NCBI GenBank assembly: GCA_965541585.1
Contig: CBEUCH010000004.1
Location: 32,001-96,000 of the forward strand
Direction of reading: 5' to 3'
Source: an uncultured bacterium
Lineage (GTDB): Bacteria; Zixibacteria; MSB-5A5; UBA10806
Length of the DNA: 64,000 nucleotides
Shown here: in pieces, positions 39,302 through 49,956 of the stretch
Position numbering within the stretch: position 1 is the first letter of the stretch
How the letters are laid out: each line of letters opens with the position of its first letter
The notes under the pieces: generated by a model
Databases searched by the model: none
The model's input: only the letters and a program-made list of their open reading frames with translations
What the model was told of the DNA's origin: nothing
Made by a program: the position numbers and the translations under genes

Positions 39302-41236
39302 CTAATCCTCCTCAAGCAGTGTTTCCAGTTCATCAACCAGGCTGCTGAAAAGCTGAATAGTATGTAAAATCGGCTCCGGCTTCGTCATATCAACGCCGGC
39401 GTCCTTTAAGATATCGACCGGATATTTGGAGGAGCCGGTGGAAAGGAATTTCATATAAGTATCAAGATACCCCTGGTCACCATCGACAATCTTCTGCGAC
39501 ATCAGCTGTGCAGCGGCATAACATGTAGCGTATTGATAAACATAGTACTGCCAGTAGAAATGCGGTATGACCATTCCCAGGTTCCCGCTTAATTCATCCA
39601 CCGACAAAGCCTCGCCCCAGTATTTCATGTATATGTCTGAAAACGTTTTCCGGAAATAATCCGCTGAGAAAGCCCCTCCGTTTTCCATATGCGTATGAAT
39701 GGCCAGCTCAAATTCGGCAAACATCGTCTGTCGGAAAAATGTCGTTCGGATCTCCTGAATATAGAAATTCAGCAAAAACATTCTTTGTTTTTTGTCTTTG
39801 GCGCTCTGCAAAAGGTCTTTCAAGAGAACTGCCTCGGCGCAGGTTGAGGCCACTTCCGCAACAAAGATCGAATAACCCGAATAAATGTACGGCTCGGTTT
39901 GATTGACATAAAATGATTGCATAGAGTGACCCATCTCATGAGCAAGCGTAAAGACTCGATCGATCGTACCGTTGTAATTAAGCAGAATGTACGGTGGAGA
40001 AGTATAACTTCCGCCGGAGGACGCGCCGGATCTTTTACCCTCGGTTTCGAAAACATCAATCCAGCCGGAATTGAGCCCGCTTTTGAAATCGCTGATATAT
40101 GGCTCGCCCATCGGCTCCAGACCTTCGATGACCATTTCCATCGCCTGCTCGTAGCTATATTCCGTATTCTGATCGGGTATCAGGGAGACATAAAGATCAT
40201 ACGGATAGAGTGTGTCGTATCCGAGAACTTTCTTTTTGAGCGATGCCCATTTGTGAAGCGGCTCCAGATTGGCATTGACCGTTTCGATTAGATTATGATA
40301 GACGGATAAAGGAATATTATTGTTCGCCAGAGCCATTCCAAGACAGCTTTCATACCCACGGGCTTTCATGTAGAAATTGTCCTTGTTAAGTGCTCCGCCC
40401 AGCGAAGTCGCAATAGTATTGGCATACTTTTCGTACGTACCATAGAAAGCTATATGCGTGTCGTGTCGTACCCGGCGGTCGGTCGATTTGCGTAATTTAT
40501 TGTAACGCTCCTTGGTCAACTCGACCAGACTGCTGTCTTCGTCATATACCGTCCCGAATGACATATCGGCGTTGGTGAGCATTGAATATATCCGGCCGGG
40601 AGAATAAGCGATCGACCCCGACAGCGCCAGGATAGCCTCTTCCGGTGGTGACAGAATATGCTCCTGCTGGCGAATCAGATCTTCAATGTAAAAACGATAT
40701 ATATCCAGTTCTTTCTTTTCGGCCAGAAAAGTCTTTAGCTTTTTGGAATCGATACTGAGCAGTTCCGATTCCATAAATGATGAGGCGTGGCGAAACTTCG
40801 ACCCGAGCGCCCTTATCCTACCGGATAATTCCTGCCAGGAGTTAACACGAGTATCCTCGCTCAATTTCCGCCCGGCGTACGTGGAAAGATTGTCTGCAAT
40901 TATACTTATTTCTTCATTTAGTTTGAGACATTCATACAGAATATCTCCGGATTCCCCTAAACGGCCTTTGTAGCTTTCCAGACGCGCATAATTATTTTCG
41001 ACAAAACTAAAATCATTTTCCCAAGCCTCGAGATTCGGGTACATTAGTTCCAGATTCCATTTGTATTTATCATCGATATCCGAACGCTGCGGAATCTTTT
41101 TGGTTTCAGCCATAAGGCGGGCAGGCGATGTTATCATCACCGTCAGCAGAATAATTGAAATTATTCCGATACGAAATGACCTTGGTTGGTTCATGAGCAT
41201 GCTTCCTTTGCTTGAATGTTGTTTGATTCCAATCAT
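39302..41236 (-). CDS. pepF: Oligoendopeptidase F (M3B), with signal peptide
   Basis: KYKWNLE, WIDV.E..GKRSGA, TLAHEMGHSM, AEVAST and YYVYQYAT. The true start is probably 41200 or 41194. Confidence 0.93.
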   Translation of the reverse strand: MIGIKQHSSKGSMLMNQPRSFRIGIISIILLTVMITSPARLMAETKKIPQRSDIDDKYKWNLELMYPNLEAWENDFSFVENNYARLESYKGRLGESGDILYECLKLNEEISIIADNLSTYAGRKLSEDTRVNSWQELSGRIRALGSKFRHASSFMESELLSIDSKKLKTFLAEKKELDIYRFYIEDLIRQQEHILSPPEEAILALSGSIAYSPGRIYSMLTNADMSFGTVYDEDSSLVELTKERYNKLRKSTDRRVRHDTHIAFYGTYEKYANTIATSLGGALNKDNFYMKARGYESCLGMALANNNIPLSVYHNLIETVNANLEPLHKWASLKKKVLGYDTLYPYDLYVSLIPDQNTEYSYEQAMEMVIEGLEPMGEPYISDFKSGLNSGWIDVFETEGKRSGASSGGSYTSPPYILLNYNGTIDRVFTLAHEMGHSMQSFYVNQTEPYIYSGYSIFVAEVASTCAEAVLLKDLLQSAKDKKQRMFLLNFYIQEIRTTFFRQTMFAEFELAIHTHMENGGAFSADYFRKTFSDIYMKYWGEALSVDELSGNLGMVIPHFYWQYYVYQYATCYAAAQLMSQKIVDGDQGYLDTYMKFLSTGSSKYPVDILKDAGVDMTKPEPILHTIQLFSSLVDELETLLEED

Positions 41237-41343
41237 GATGTCGATAATATATGAAAATCCCGGCTATAATAAAAAGTGTTTATTAGCATTAAATCTCATC
41301 TGACCCAGCTGCCACCAGCGGGGACACCAGGTATTGGGGGCGA

Positions 41344-42015
41344 TCATCTCCGTTTTTCCTTCAGACGCCGAGCTTCATTCAGATGCAGAAAGCAATGCCG
41401 GGTGGGTGGCATTAAGAGCAGGCCCGCAATATCGCGCCCGCCCCAGTAGTCGACTATGCTTTTACCTTCCTTCAGCATAGCTTTTTCATCCCATATCCTT
41501 TTCAGGCGGGAAGGCTCAACTCTGTGCTTTAAATCCCCGGGCTTTAATTTTCTGACTAATTTTCTCGTACTCAAGGCTACTGCTATACGATACGCCTTTA
41601 GCGCCTCTATATCGATTCCGGCGCTAAGCCCGGCTATTTCTTTGTCATACATTCCGTTGCCGGTATGACGGTTCCTGGTCTTCATCTGCTTCAACCAGTC
41701 ACCCATATTGATGACCTGCTGATTATCAGCTATCAGCAGATTCATAGTGACATCTTCGATACGGGCCAGATGCCAGATTATCCAGGCGATGGAGTGGTTA
41801 TAGTTACGGGGGATTCGTCGAATAATCCCTTCCGATATATCCTGCAAAACTTCGTCTTCGAATGAATACAATCCAGACCTCGACATCCCGGCCGAATGTA
41901 CCATGGCGTGTTGACTCAAGAATAATTCAATTGCCTCTTGATGATTATCCGAGCTTGAAAGGGCGTGCCTTAATGCTTTCTGTTGTGGATTCCATAATTT
42001 TCGATTAGATTCCAT
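41344..42015 (-). CDS. DinB-family protein
   Basis: HSIAWIIWHLARIED and a C-terminal H...H metal-binding pattern. Confidence 0.75.
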   Translation of the reverse strand: MESNRKLWNPQQKALRHALSSSDNHQEAIELFLSQHAMVHSAGMSRSGLYSFEDEVLQDISEGIIRRIPRNYNHSIAWIIWHLARIEDVTMNLLIADNQQVINMGDWLKQMKTRNRHTGNGMYDKEIAGLSAGIDIEALKAYRIAVALSTRKLVRKLKPGDLKHRVEPSRLKRIWDEKAMLKEGKSIVDYWGGRDIAGLLLMPPTRHCFLHLNEARRLKEKRR

Positions 42016-42398
42016 ATTAATCTCATCCTATCCCTATTTATTTCACGACTATCTAAACTAGTCAGGCTACGGCAAAAGTCAAGTTTTCTTGAAGGCGAAT
42101 GGCATATCTATAGTATCGAAAAGACTATGTCAGGATAGCGGTGATTCCTCGCTTGCCAGCGTAATAGACTTTTTCCCAGAAGGTTAACATAAGGGCGGCC
42201 AATGTGATCTGCCGTCAAACGGACCGCCACCCATGATATCTAAGTTCATGGCATCTTTGTCATTTTGGCAGTGCGTATTACTATATATGTAAAATATACT
42301 CATTTTTTTCGTATTGACAACAAGGAATATTGCGCACATTAAGGGCCAGCCGCTGGAGGAGTGACCATAATCTCATTAAATTGCGAAAGGTGAACCAA

Positions 42399-42947
42399 AT
42401 GACAAAGCTTTGCGCTTTGGTAATAGGCCATAAAAAGGCCAGCTCGGGGGCGAGAAATGAGACCCGGGATCTCGGCGAATTCGATTTTAACGACGATTTA
42501 GCGCATCGGATTGAAAAGAAAACCGAGCATACCGAGATCCAGAGGGTATACCGGAGGACCTACGGCCAGTTGCCGGAGGATATAAACCAGCTAAATCCGG
42601 ATTTCATCGTGAGCCTGCACTGCAATTCCTTCAACAGGGAGGTATCCGGTACGGAAGTTCTCTATCATCACAGGTCGCAAAAGGGCCAGCAAATCGCCGA
42701 AATCATGTTGAGACATTTAGTCGGTTGTCTCAATCTTCCGAGCCGGGGGCTAAAACCGAAAACCACTGAAGACCGTGGCGGCTTACTTCTTAGATACACA
42801 AACGCTCCATGCATCATCGCCGAACCGTTTTTTATCGACAATGATGAGGATCTTAACAGGGCACAGGAAGATTTAGGCGGATTGGCGGAAGCCTACGCTA
42901 AAGCGATCGATGAAATATCAGAGGTTGTTGAGAAGCGTGATACATAA
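42399..42947 (+). CDS. N-acetylmuramoyl-L-alanine amidase (Amidase_3)
   Basis: IGH, E, SLHCNS, GTEVLY and EPFFIDN motifs. ATG 42399 follows AAGGTG. Confidence 0.9.
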   Translation: MTKLCALVIGHKKASSGARNETRDLGEFDFNDDLAHRIEKKTEHTEIQRVYRRTYGQLPEDINQLNPDFIVSLHCNSFNREVSGTEVLYHHRSQKGQQIAEIMLRHLVGCLNLPSRGLKPKTTEDRGGLLLRYTNAPCIIAEPFFIDNDEDLNRAQEDLGGLAEAYAKAIDEISEVVEKRDT

Positions 42948-43469
42948 TACTGGCCTGCTTTTTTAACTTTGATCCGGCCAACCACGCCTGCGGCGTGGGC
43001 GTGAGTGAAATCCACACAACAGAGCAAAACCGTCAGATGCGGATAGCGGCTGAAAAGGATGATGCATCCGGGCCGCCCTTAGAGGATATTACCTGACGTC
43101 ACAAAGATCAGGTGGTTCCCCGGAGAATTAATTCTCAGAGGGCGCAGGTCACTCCTGACGTTTTCTGCCGAAATGGGGCTCTCCAGCCAAAGAGCCCTTT
43201 TTTTACCCCGTGTCAAGAATACGACAACACGCAATGCCTGTTGTGCGAACATATCTATAAGGATCTTATGTTGTTGAAATATCAGTTTTTGAGGTAGCCG
43301 ACGATTATTCGCCGGTGAAAAGTCCTTTGAAGAAATAAAAAATTGGTCTATATACTAATAGCTTGAGAACCGTAAAATGAGGTAAACCTGCCGTGGAAAT
43401 TACGAATCTTGACTTTAGTATTAGTGAAAATCACATGGGGGAGAGAACTGGATATCCTTTCAACCAGGC

Positions 43470-44993
43470 ATGAATAATAACATCCTAGAATCAAAAACAG
43501 TCATCTCCGGTATCCGCTGGAGTGGAGCGATCCAGTTTGTGGGGGAGAGTATCCGTATAGTGGTCTCCGTAATACTGGCCCGGCTTCTGGCTCCGGAAGA
43601 TTTTGGTCTCCTGGCGATGGCCTCCGTTGTCACGGGTTTCCTGGTGCTCTTTCAATATTTAGGGACGCGCGGAGTTATTATCCAGAGAAAGGAAATCCCG
43701 CCGGAGCTTGTAAACAGCCTGTTCGTTCTCAATCTGGCGTTAGGTTTCATAATAGCCCTGGTTTTACTTTTGGGCGCTTCCTATTTTGCGATTCTCTTCA
43801 AAACCAGCCAGGTAGCTCCGGTCATCCGGATTCTGGGGATAGCATTTATTATAACATCAATCGGGATTGTGCCCGGTTCTCTGCTTGCGCGAAATATGCG
43901 TTTCGACCTCATTGCCAGAGTCAGATTCATCGAAGTTATTGTTTACGGCGGTGTTGCTATTATTCTCGCATATTCAGGATGGGGAGTATGGGCCCTTGTT
44001 GCCGCTAGCCTGATCAGTTCCGTCGTCTCGACCGTCGGTCTGTGGATGGTATCTCGCTGGCGCCCAGGCTGGACCTTCAATTGGACAGAGGTAAAAACTG
44101 TAGCCGGTTTTAGCCTGAATTTGACCGGTTCCAGCATCATCGAATACGCCACCCGCAATGTGGACAGATTTATAATCGGGCGCTGGCTCGGGTCTGCGCC
44201 ATTAGGGTATTACTCAATTGCCAACAGATTCTGCCTGCTCCCAATGGACACGATCGCCCCCGTGCTAATGAGGGTCTTGTTTCCTGCGCTGTCACGTCTT
44301 CAGGATGATTTAGCCCGGCTTCAAAAAATCTTTCTGCGGGCATGCGGCGGAATTGCATTCATTACCTTACCATTAATGACCGGATTGTGCATCCTCGCCG
44401 GTCCCTTCGTCATGGCGGCGCTGGGAGCTAAGTGGAAACCTGTAATCCCGCTTATTATGTTGCTTTCTCCTATCGGCGTATTGCGGTCGGTCTCCGCGCC
44501 GGCCAACGGCATACTGCTGGCTATGGGAAGAAGCGACTGGTTATTCCGAGTGATGCTCATAACGGGCATAGCCGTCACGGCCGGCATTCTCTGTGGCCTT
44601 AAATGGGGAATACTCGGAGTGGCATCGGCTTACGCTATAGCAATGGTCCCGTTGACGTATTTGCGCTTCGCAGTCTCGTTTCGCTTGATCAAACTTAAAT
44701 TCTCCGACCTCTGGCGCAGTTTGCGACCATACATATTAGCAACTGCGATAATGGCGGGATTCGTACTGGCATGCAGGATCATGCTCGGCAATATGGGCTT
44801 CGAGTCATATCTGGTGTTGGGTATATCTGTTTTGCTGGGAATTGTTGTCTACGCATCCTTGATGCTATTTATGCGTCCACCCGCAGTTGCTGATATTCTG
44901 AAGATCCTGCCGGGGGATCATCAATGGCTGGAACGTTTGCTCGATACTACCGCAGGACGCCAAAAATCGAAAACCAGGGAGCATGATCTTTAA
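43470..44993 (+). CDS. wzx: Polysaccharide flippase (Wzx/WzxC-like)
   Basis: LARLLAPEDFGL, GVWALV, D..IIG..LG...LGYY motifs and 12-14 TMs. Confidence 0.9.
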   Translation: MNNNILESKTVISGIRWSGAIQFVGESIRIVVSVILARLLAPEDFGLLAMASVVTGFLVLFQYLGTRGVIIQRKEIPPELVNSLFVLNLALGFIIALVLLLGASYFAILFKTSQVAPVIRILGIAFIITSIGIVPGSLLARNMRFDLIARVRFIEVIVYGGVAIILAYSGWGVWALVAASLISSVVSTVGLWMVSRWRPGWTFNWTEVKTVAGFSLNLTGSSIIEYATRNVDRFIIGRWLGSAPLGYYSIANRFCLLPMDTIAPVLMRVLFPALSRLQDDLARLQKIFLRACGGIAFITLPLMTGLCILAGPFVMAALGAKWKPVIPLIMLLSPIGVLRSVSAPANGILLAMGRSDWLFRVMLITGIAVTAGILCGLKWGILGVASAYAIAMVPLTYLRFAVSFRLIKLKFSDLWRSLRPYILATAIMAGFVLACRIMLGNMGFESYLVLGISVLLGIVVYASLMLFMRPPAVADILKILPGDHQWLERLLDTTAGRQKSKTREHDL

Positions 44994-45016
44994 TGGATCG
45001 CCACCCCGGGTAGCCA

Positions 45017-46420
45017 ATGAAAAAAGTCTTAATAATTGACTATGATTTTCCTCCCGCACGTACGAGCGGCGTCTACCGGCCGTTGAAGTTCGCAAAATAT
45101 CTTCCGGAGTTTGGATGGCAACCTATCATCCTGACGGTCAAAAACTATCCCCGTGAATTCATGGATGAAACGCTGCTTGATCAACTTCCTCCCGATACTG
45201 TTATAAGGCGTGCCTACTCATGGGAGTTGGTAAGATTCGAAAAGGCGCTTTTCACCAGACTTTTTAAAAGAACACCTCAACCGGCCTCGTCTGCGGGAGA
45301 CTCGGATCCGGAGAAACGCAAATCGAGAGCGACGCTGCTCTCCTTAATAAGGAAGTATATTCTCTCTCCTTTGAGCTGGTTCACCAACAGTTTTCTTTAC
45401 GTTCCCGATGATAAGATAGGTTGGCTGCCTCTGGCGGCTTATGAGGGATTTAAAACCATCCGCAGAGAAAAGATAGACCTGATTTTTTCGACTTCACCGC
45501 CGGAAACCAACCACATGGTCGCCTTATTTCTAAAACTCATAACTGGCAAACCCTGGGTAGCCGAAGTTCGCGATCCCTGGACCGATAATTCCATCAGGCC
45601 GGATTTCCCTGGAGTCAGGGTCAAATTTGAGAATTGGCTTGAACGTACTGTAATTCGCAAAGCAGATGCAATTCTGCATGACGGGTATGGAATGGCCCGG
45701 ATGGCGAGAGAAAAATTTACAGATATCTCTCCCGGAAAATTCCATGCCATCACAAACGGCTTTGATGAAGCTGATTTTGAAGGATTGAATGCCGGCGAAA
45801 TCTATGCAGAAAACAAAACGACATACCTCAATCTGGTTAATGTCGGCACTATTTATGAGCGCTCCGCGTTCGAGCACTTTCTGAAGGGATTTGCAAAAGC
45901 GCTTGCCAGCCAGGAATGCGGTAATAATATGCGTATCACTCTCATCGGGGATGTGATTCCCATGTGGCGGCAGATATTGGCAAAAAAGCCGTTCAAAGAC
46001 CATGTAGACTTAATAGGTTTCAAACCTCATGGAGAAATGATCCGGCTGATAATGGAGGCTGATGTACTATTGTCGATTTCTTTCGCCGCTGATGAGCGAA
46101 CAAGAGACAAGATTATCCCCGGGAAGATATTTGAACTGATACGGACAGGCAGACCGATTTTTATGATAGGCTGGGAGGGCGAATGCTCTGAAATCGTCGA
46201 AAAAAGCGGATTAGGGAAGTTTGTTCCCTCGCATAACGTAGATCTCATTTCAGAGACCATAATAGAATATTATAACAGGAAAGTGAATGACGAACTGGGA
46301 ACAACACCCAACTGGGATTACATTAACCGGTTCGAGAGAAAGAATCTCACGGGAACTCTGGCGGAATTTTTTGAGTCGGTCCTGGAAAAATGCCCCCGAT
46401 ATTCCGACGAGAATTCCTGA
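45017..46420 (+). CDS. Glycosyltransferase family 4-like
   Basis: FPP...GVYR..KFAKYL, TSPP, RDPW, ITNGFD and PGKIFE motifs. Confidence 0.88.
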   Translation: MKKVLIIDYDFPPARTSGVYRPLKFAKYLPEFGWQPIILTVKNYPREFMDETLLDQLPPDTVIRRAYSWELVRFEKALFTRLFKRTPQPASSAGDSDPEKRKSRATLLSLIRKYILSPLSWFTNSFLYVPDDKIGWLPLAAYEGFKTIRREKIDLIFSTSPPETNHMVALFLKLITGKPWVAEVRDPWTDNSIRPDFPGVRVKFENWLERTVIRKADAILHDGYGMARMAREKFTDISPGKFHAITNGFDEADFEGLNAGEIYAENKTTYLNLVNVGTIYERSAFEHFLKGFAKALASQECGNNMRITLIGDVIPMWRQILAKKPFKDHVDLIGFKPHGEMIRLIMEADVLLSISFAADERTRDKIIPGKIFELIRTGRPIFMIGWEGECSEIVEKSGLGKFVPSHNVDLISETIIEYYNRKVNDELGTTPNWDYINRFERKNLTGTLAEFFESVLEKCPRYSDENS

Positions 46421-48027
46421 GTAATTTTATTTTCTATTCTGAACAGATTCCCCAATCCCCAGACTCCACCGGAAACCGGGATGGTTCTATGATCTTGCCT
46501 GATTAAATCCAGTATTCTTTGTTGTTGCTGAATTGAATTTCCATAAAGGATAACACTGACATAAGCGCTTTTAAGGCCTAATTCAGTTTGCCATATTTCA
46601 GGGTGGTCCAACAGATATCGTTGATCGGCGGCAAACATGAGCTTATCATCCGGGATGTGCCAGAAGATACCCGGCAGAACGCCCCTTCTGACATTGTCCA
46701 CCAAAACCATATCGAAACTTCCCAACAGTGCGATTTGATCCATTTTCTTACCTTCCAGGGAATTCAAATACAGCATATCCATGCTACCGAACAATGTTTG
46801 TAGAAAACACAAGCTTATAAAGAGGATTACTTTAAACCTTCCAAAAATCCGTATGATAAGGACCGGCAGGAAAGCAAAGAACGGCCAGGCCATAACCAGG
46901 TATCTCGGAGCCATGGCGTGCAAGGGGCTCAAGAAGCAGAGATAACTGAGAACGGTAATTCCAGCCGTCCATAGAAGGAAATATAGAACATAATATCCGG
47001 TAAAGTTTATTTTTCGGAAATGGTCGGCCATATCCGGACGTTTCTTGAAATAGATAACAGACAGGCCGACAAGAAGGGATATCATGAGCAGGGGGTATAC
47101 ATACTTGTATATGATCGCAGGGGAGAATATGAATATGAACGGCATACCATGCCAGAAGAAAGTACCGAATGTCAATACGACCGCTTTTAACCTTGTTATG
47201 ATTTCTGCATATTGAAATGTCTGGGCCTGCGCCGTCTGTAATTTAGCGGATAGCAGAAAATCCGGATGAACTAAGAAAAATATAACCAGCCCTGCTGCCA
47301 CAGAAATAAGCCCGGAAGCCAGCCTGCGTCTGTCTATTTTGATAAGTCTGGCAATCAAGAATAGAACGCATCCGAGTATAATGAATGAGAAATGGTAATG
47401 TGTCAGCGCACCGGCCGCCGTCGATACCGATAAGAGTATGAATTGTAACAATCGGAAATTGCGCGTCATATCAGCGCACCTGACAACCTGCAAAACCAGG
47501 AGTATGGTACAAAATGCGAGAAGATCATATTGCCTTGCCTGGCCGGAAACCAGCATCACGGTAGGGCTCAGGGCCCAGATGAACGCTACTACGGCGGATT
47601 CAGCAGGATTTTTTAGAATGCTATTTGCCAGAGAATATAGCAATGGAATTGCGATTATAGAAATCAGGATGTTTAACGAGGGGCCGGTCCAGAGGTGAAT
47701 TCCTAAAAGAATAGACCAGAGGTGAAGCAGCCAGAAATACAGAGGGGGGTGGATATCATGCCGGGCAAGATCGGAGCCAATTTGGCTGAAACAAAATATT
47801 TCTTCTATTTGTAAAAATCTCTTCCATTCGGAGGCTTCGACCCAGGCGCCGAAGGGACTATTTCCATCAATGCGGGAATAATCGCCCTGGTGACCTGTGG
47901 CGGATAGGTAGGAAATTCCCTCGTCGTGATCCAACGTTTTTTTCCCCGCGGTTGCTACAATGCGCAACGCCGTGCTGAATATCATACCAAGCGCAAGAAT
48001 CAGAATAACCGATCGGGCCTGGCTCAC
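46318..48027 (-). CDS. GT-C fold membrane glycosyltransferase (PMT/ArnT-like)
   Basis: DE in the first loop, D.HPPLYF.LLH.W, ARQY and THY motifs, many TMs. Confidence 0.8.
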   Translation of the reverse strand: MSQARSVILILALGMIFSTALRIVATAGKKTLDHDEGISYLSATGHQGDYSRIDGNSPFGAWVEASEWKRFLQIEEIFCFSQIGSDLARHDIHPPLYFWLLHLWSILLGIHLWTGPSLNILISIIAIPLLYSLANSILKNPAESAVVAFIWALSPTVMLVSGQARQYDLLAFCTILLVLQVVRCADMTRNFRLLQFILLSVSTAAGALTHYHFSFIILGCVLFLIARLIKIDRRRLASGLISVAAGLVIFFLVHPDFLLSAKLQTAQAQTFQYAEIITRLKAVVLTFGTFFWHGMPFIFIFSPAIIYKYVYPLLMISLLVGLSVIYFKKRPDMADHFRKINFTGYYVLYFLLWTAGITVLSYLCFLSPLHAMAPRYLVMAWPFFAFLPVLIIRIFGRFKVILFISLCFLQTLFGSMDMLYLNSLEGKKMDQIALLGSFDMVLVDNVRRGVLPGIFWHIPDDKLMFAADQRYLLDHPEIWQTELGLKSAYVSVILYGNSIQQQQRILDLIRQDHRTIPVSGGVWGLGNLFRIENKITQEFSSEYRGHFSRTDSKNSARVPVRFFLSNRLM

Positions 48028-48061
48028 AAATCCACCTTAGAGAAGTATACGATTCTCATAA

Positions 48062-49204
48062 TCAGTGAATCATATCTTTAAATAGTGCAATCAATTTTTC
48101 GGCAGAATTTCTCACATCGAAACGCCTCGCAGCCTCCTCTCGAAACGAGGTAAACTTATCCCTCAATTCAGGTTCTGAAATGACCAGAGACATGGCATCA
48201 GCCAGTGCCTTTGAATCGTGAGAACGGATGCGGATTGTAGGCGTATTTTCAATCGTTTCCCGCAGCCCTACGCAATCTGTGGCTATCAAAGGGATACCGG
48301 AGCACAAGGCTTCGCAAGCCACCAGACCCCAGGCCTCGATGGTGGAAGGCATCAGAATTGCATCACAGCCCTTCATTATATCTGCTATATCAGGATTGAA
48401 AGGCAGGAACCGAAACGATCCGGCCAATCCCCTGCGTTCAACGTCTGCTTTGTATTCTTTCTCAAATCTTCCGGAGCTCATCGCCAGGACGATGATTTTT
48501 TTAATATGCTTCTCCCTCGTTTTTAATATCTCAACAGCATCTATAACATAGTTAAATCCTTTCTCCGGCTCGAACCTGCCGAAAAAGCCGAAAATGAACG
48601 TATCCTCATTGCATTGAAGCCTGTCGCGCAACCGATCGCCCGCCCCGGGCAAGTCATTCAAAAAGCGTTCCGGCTCTATACCGCTTCGTATGGCCACCCA
48701 TTTTGCCCTGGATTTTTCCAGACCGGGAAACAACGTTTTAGAATATTCGAGAATATCGTTTCCGACGCCATGAAAAACTGTTACGGTTTTCAATGAATTC
48801 CTGAATATGAATCGCTTCAATTTACCCAGCTTGCCCTGAAGATATATCTCCATCAGAATGCCATGTATGGTGAAAACGTGGGGAATACGAAACAGCCAGC
48901 TAACCAATGAGACATGAAAAGCCGATATGAATCCATTGCTGTGAACAAGATCGAATTTTCTCGTCAGTAACATCCATGCTGTCCAGAAAAATAAAGCGTT
49001 CTTACCCAGAAATGGCCTGGCCCATATCACCTTTATATTCTCAGCCTTCATATCTTCTTCCAGATACTGTCTTTCGACGGTGGGATTGGCCAATAGCGTG
49101 ATTTCGAACTCATCCTTCGGGAAATGATGATAATTATACTTTAGATAGGTCCTGATCCCGCCCCAGGGCCACATACATACAATAAGTACTCTGATCCTTG
49201 TCAT
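48062..49204 (-). CDS. Glycosyltransferase family 4
   Basis: GGI, GRFEPEKG and PS..EAWGLV..EA motifs. Confidence 0.9.
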   Translation of the reverse strand: MTRIRVLIVCMWPWGGIRTYLKYNYHHFPKDEFEITLLANPTVERQYLEEDMKAENIKVIWARPFLGKNALFFWTAWMLLTRKFDLVHSNGFISAFHVSLVSWLFRIPHVFTIHGILMEIYLQGKLGKLKRFIFRNSLKTVTVFHGVGNDILEYSKTLFPGLEKSRAKWVAIRSGIEPERFLNDLPGAGDRLRDRLQCNEDTFIFGFFGRFEPEKGFNYVIDAVEILKTREKHIKKIIVLAMSSGRFEKEYKADVERRGLAGSFRFLPFNPDIADIMKGCDAILMPSTIEAWGLVACEALCSGIPLIATDCVGLRETIENTPTIRIRSHDSKALADAMSLVISEPELRDKFTSFREEAARRFDVRNSAEKLIALFKDMIH

Positions 49205-49457
49205 GTTCGTTACCGCTTGTTGAAGGATCTTAAGGAGGAATTATCCGATATCTCAAAATTATCCTTTATCATCCAAAATCCAGTCTGAAAACTATAAGGC
49301 ATTTATCTGATTCGCAAGCCTTTTATAATTTTCACCATGAAAGCCGTTGACTTCAGAAAAAAATGAAGTAAATTATCTGCCGAAGATGTCAGGCACGGGA
49401 GTTGTTCTGCCTTAATCCTCACGTCCCTCCTGCCGACCGCATCATTCGAGGTGGCCA

Positions 49458-49955
49458 TTGGGTGACGATAAGCAAGTGCAAGCACCGGCGAAGTACAAAA
49501 TTAATTTCGCCTTCCGGGAAAAGTTAAATACCATACCCGAGGGATTCAGGCATAACTACTGTTATCAATGCGGCGCCTGTGTGGCCGATTGCCCGGCGGG
49601 CAACTATTCGGAAAAGTTCAACCCCAGGCTGATTCTTCTTAAAGCCATTCTTGGTTTCGAGGATGAGTTAATCAGCCCGGATTCCGAAATCTGGGATTGC
49701 ACCAATTGCTATACCTGCTCCGAGAGGTGTCCGCAGGACGTCCGTCCGGTCGATGTCATAATAGCTCTGAAAAATCTCTGCGCCAGGGAGGGCAAAGCAC
49801 CTCCCGTAATCGGCAATATCTACAACGCCGTTCTGGCAACGGGAATTACGACGAAGATATCATCGCTTGTGGAGAGGCGCCGACAGGAGTTCGGCCTGCC
49901 GCCGTTAAAGGAATTCCCGGTTGACGATTTGAAGAAAATTTCCGAGGCTGACTAG
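49458..49955 (+). CDS. hdrC: Heterodisulfide reductase subunit C-like
   Basis: CYQCGACVADCP and WDCTNCYTCSERCPQ. Confidence 0.88.
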   Translation: MGDDKQVQAPAKYKINFAFREKLNTIPEGFRHNYCYQCGACVADCPAGNYSEKFNPRLILLKAILGFEDELISPDSEIWDCTNCYTCSERCPQDVRPVDVIIALKNLCAREGKAPPVIGNIYNAVLATGITTKISSLVERRRQEFGLPPLKEFPVDDLKKISEAD

Positions 49956-49956
49956 C

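Noticed and set aside
42399..42947. Phage lysis cassette
   Set aside because: The amidase stands alone with no holin, spanin or other phage genes beside it.
49381..49457. Riboswitch upstream of hdrC
   Set aside because: An imperfect stem can be drawn, but it has no recognisable aptamer motif and there is no second copy to test it against.
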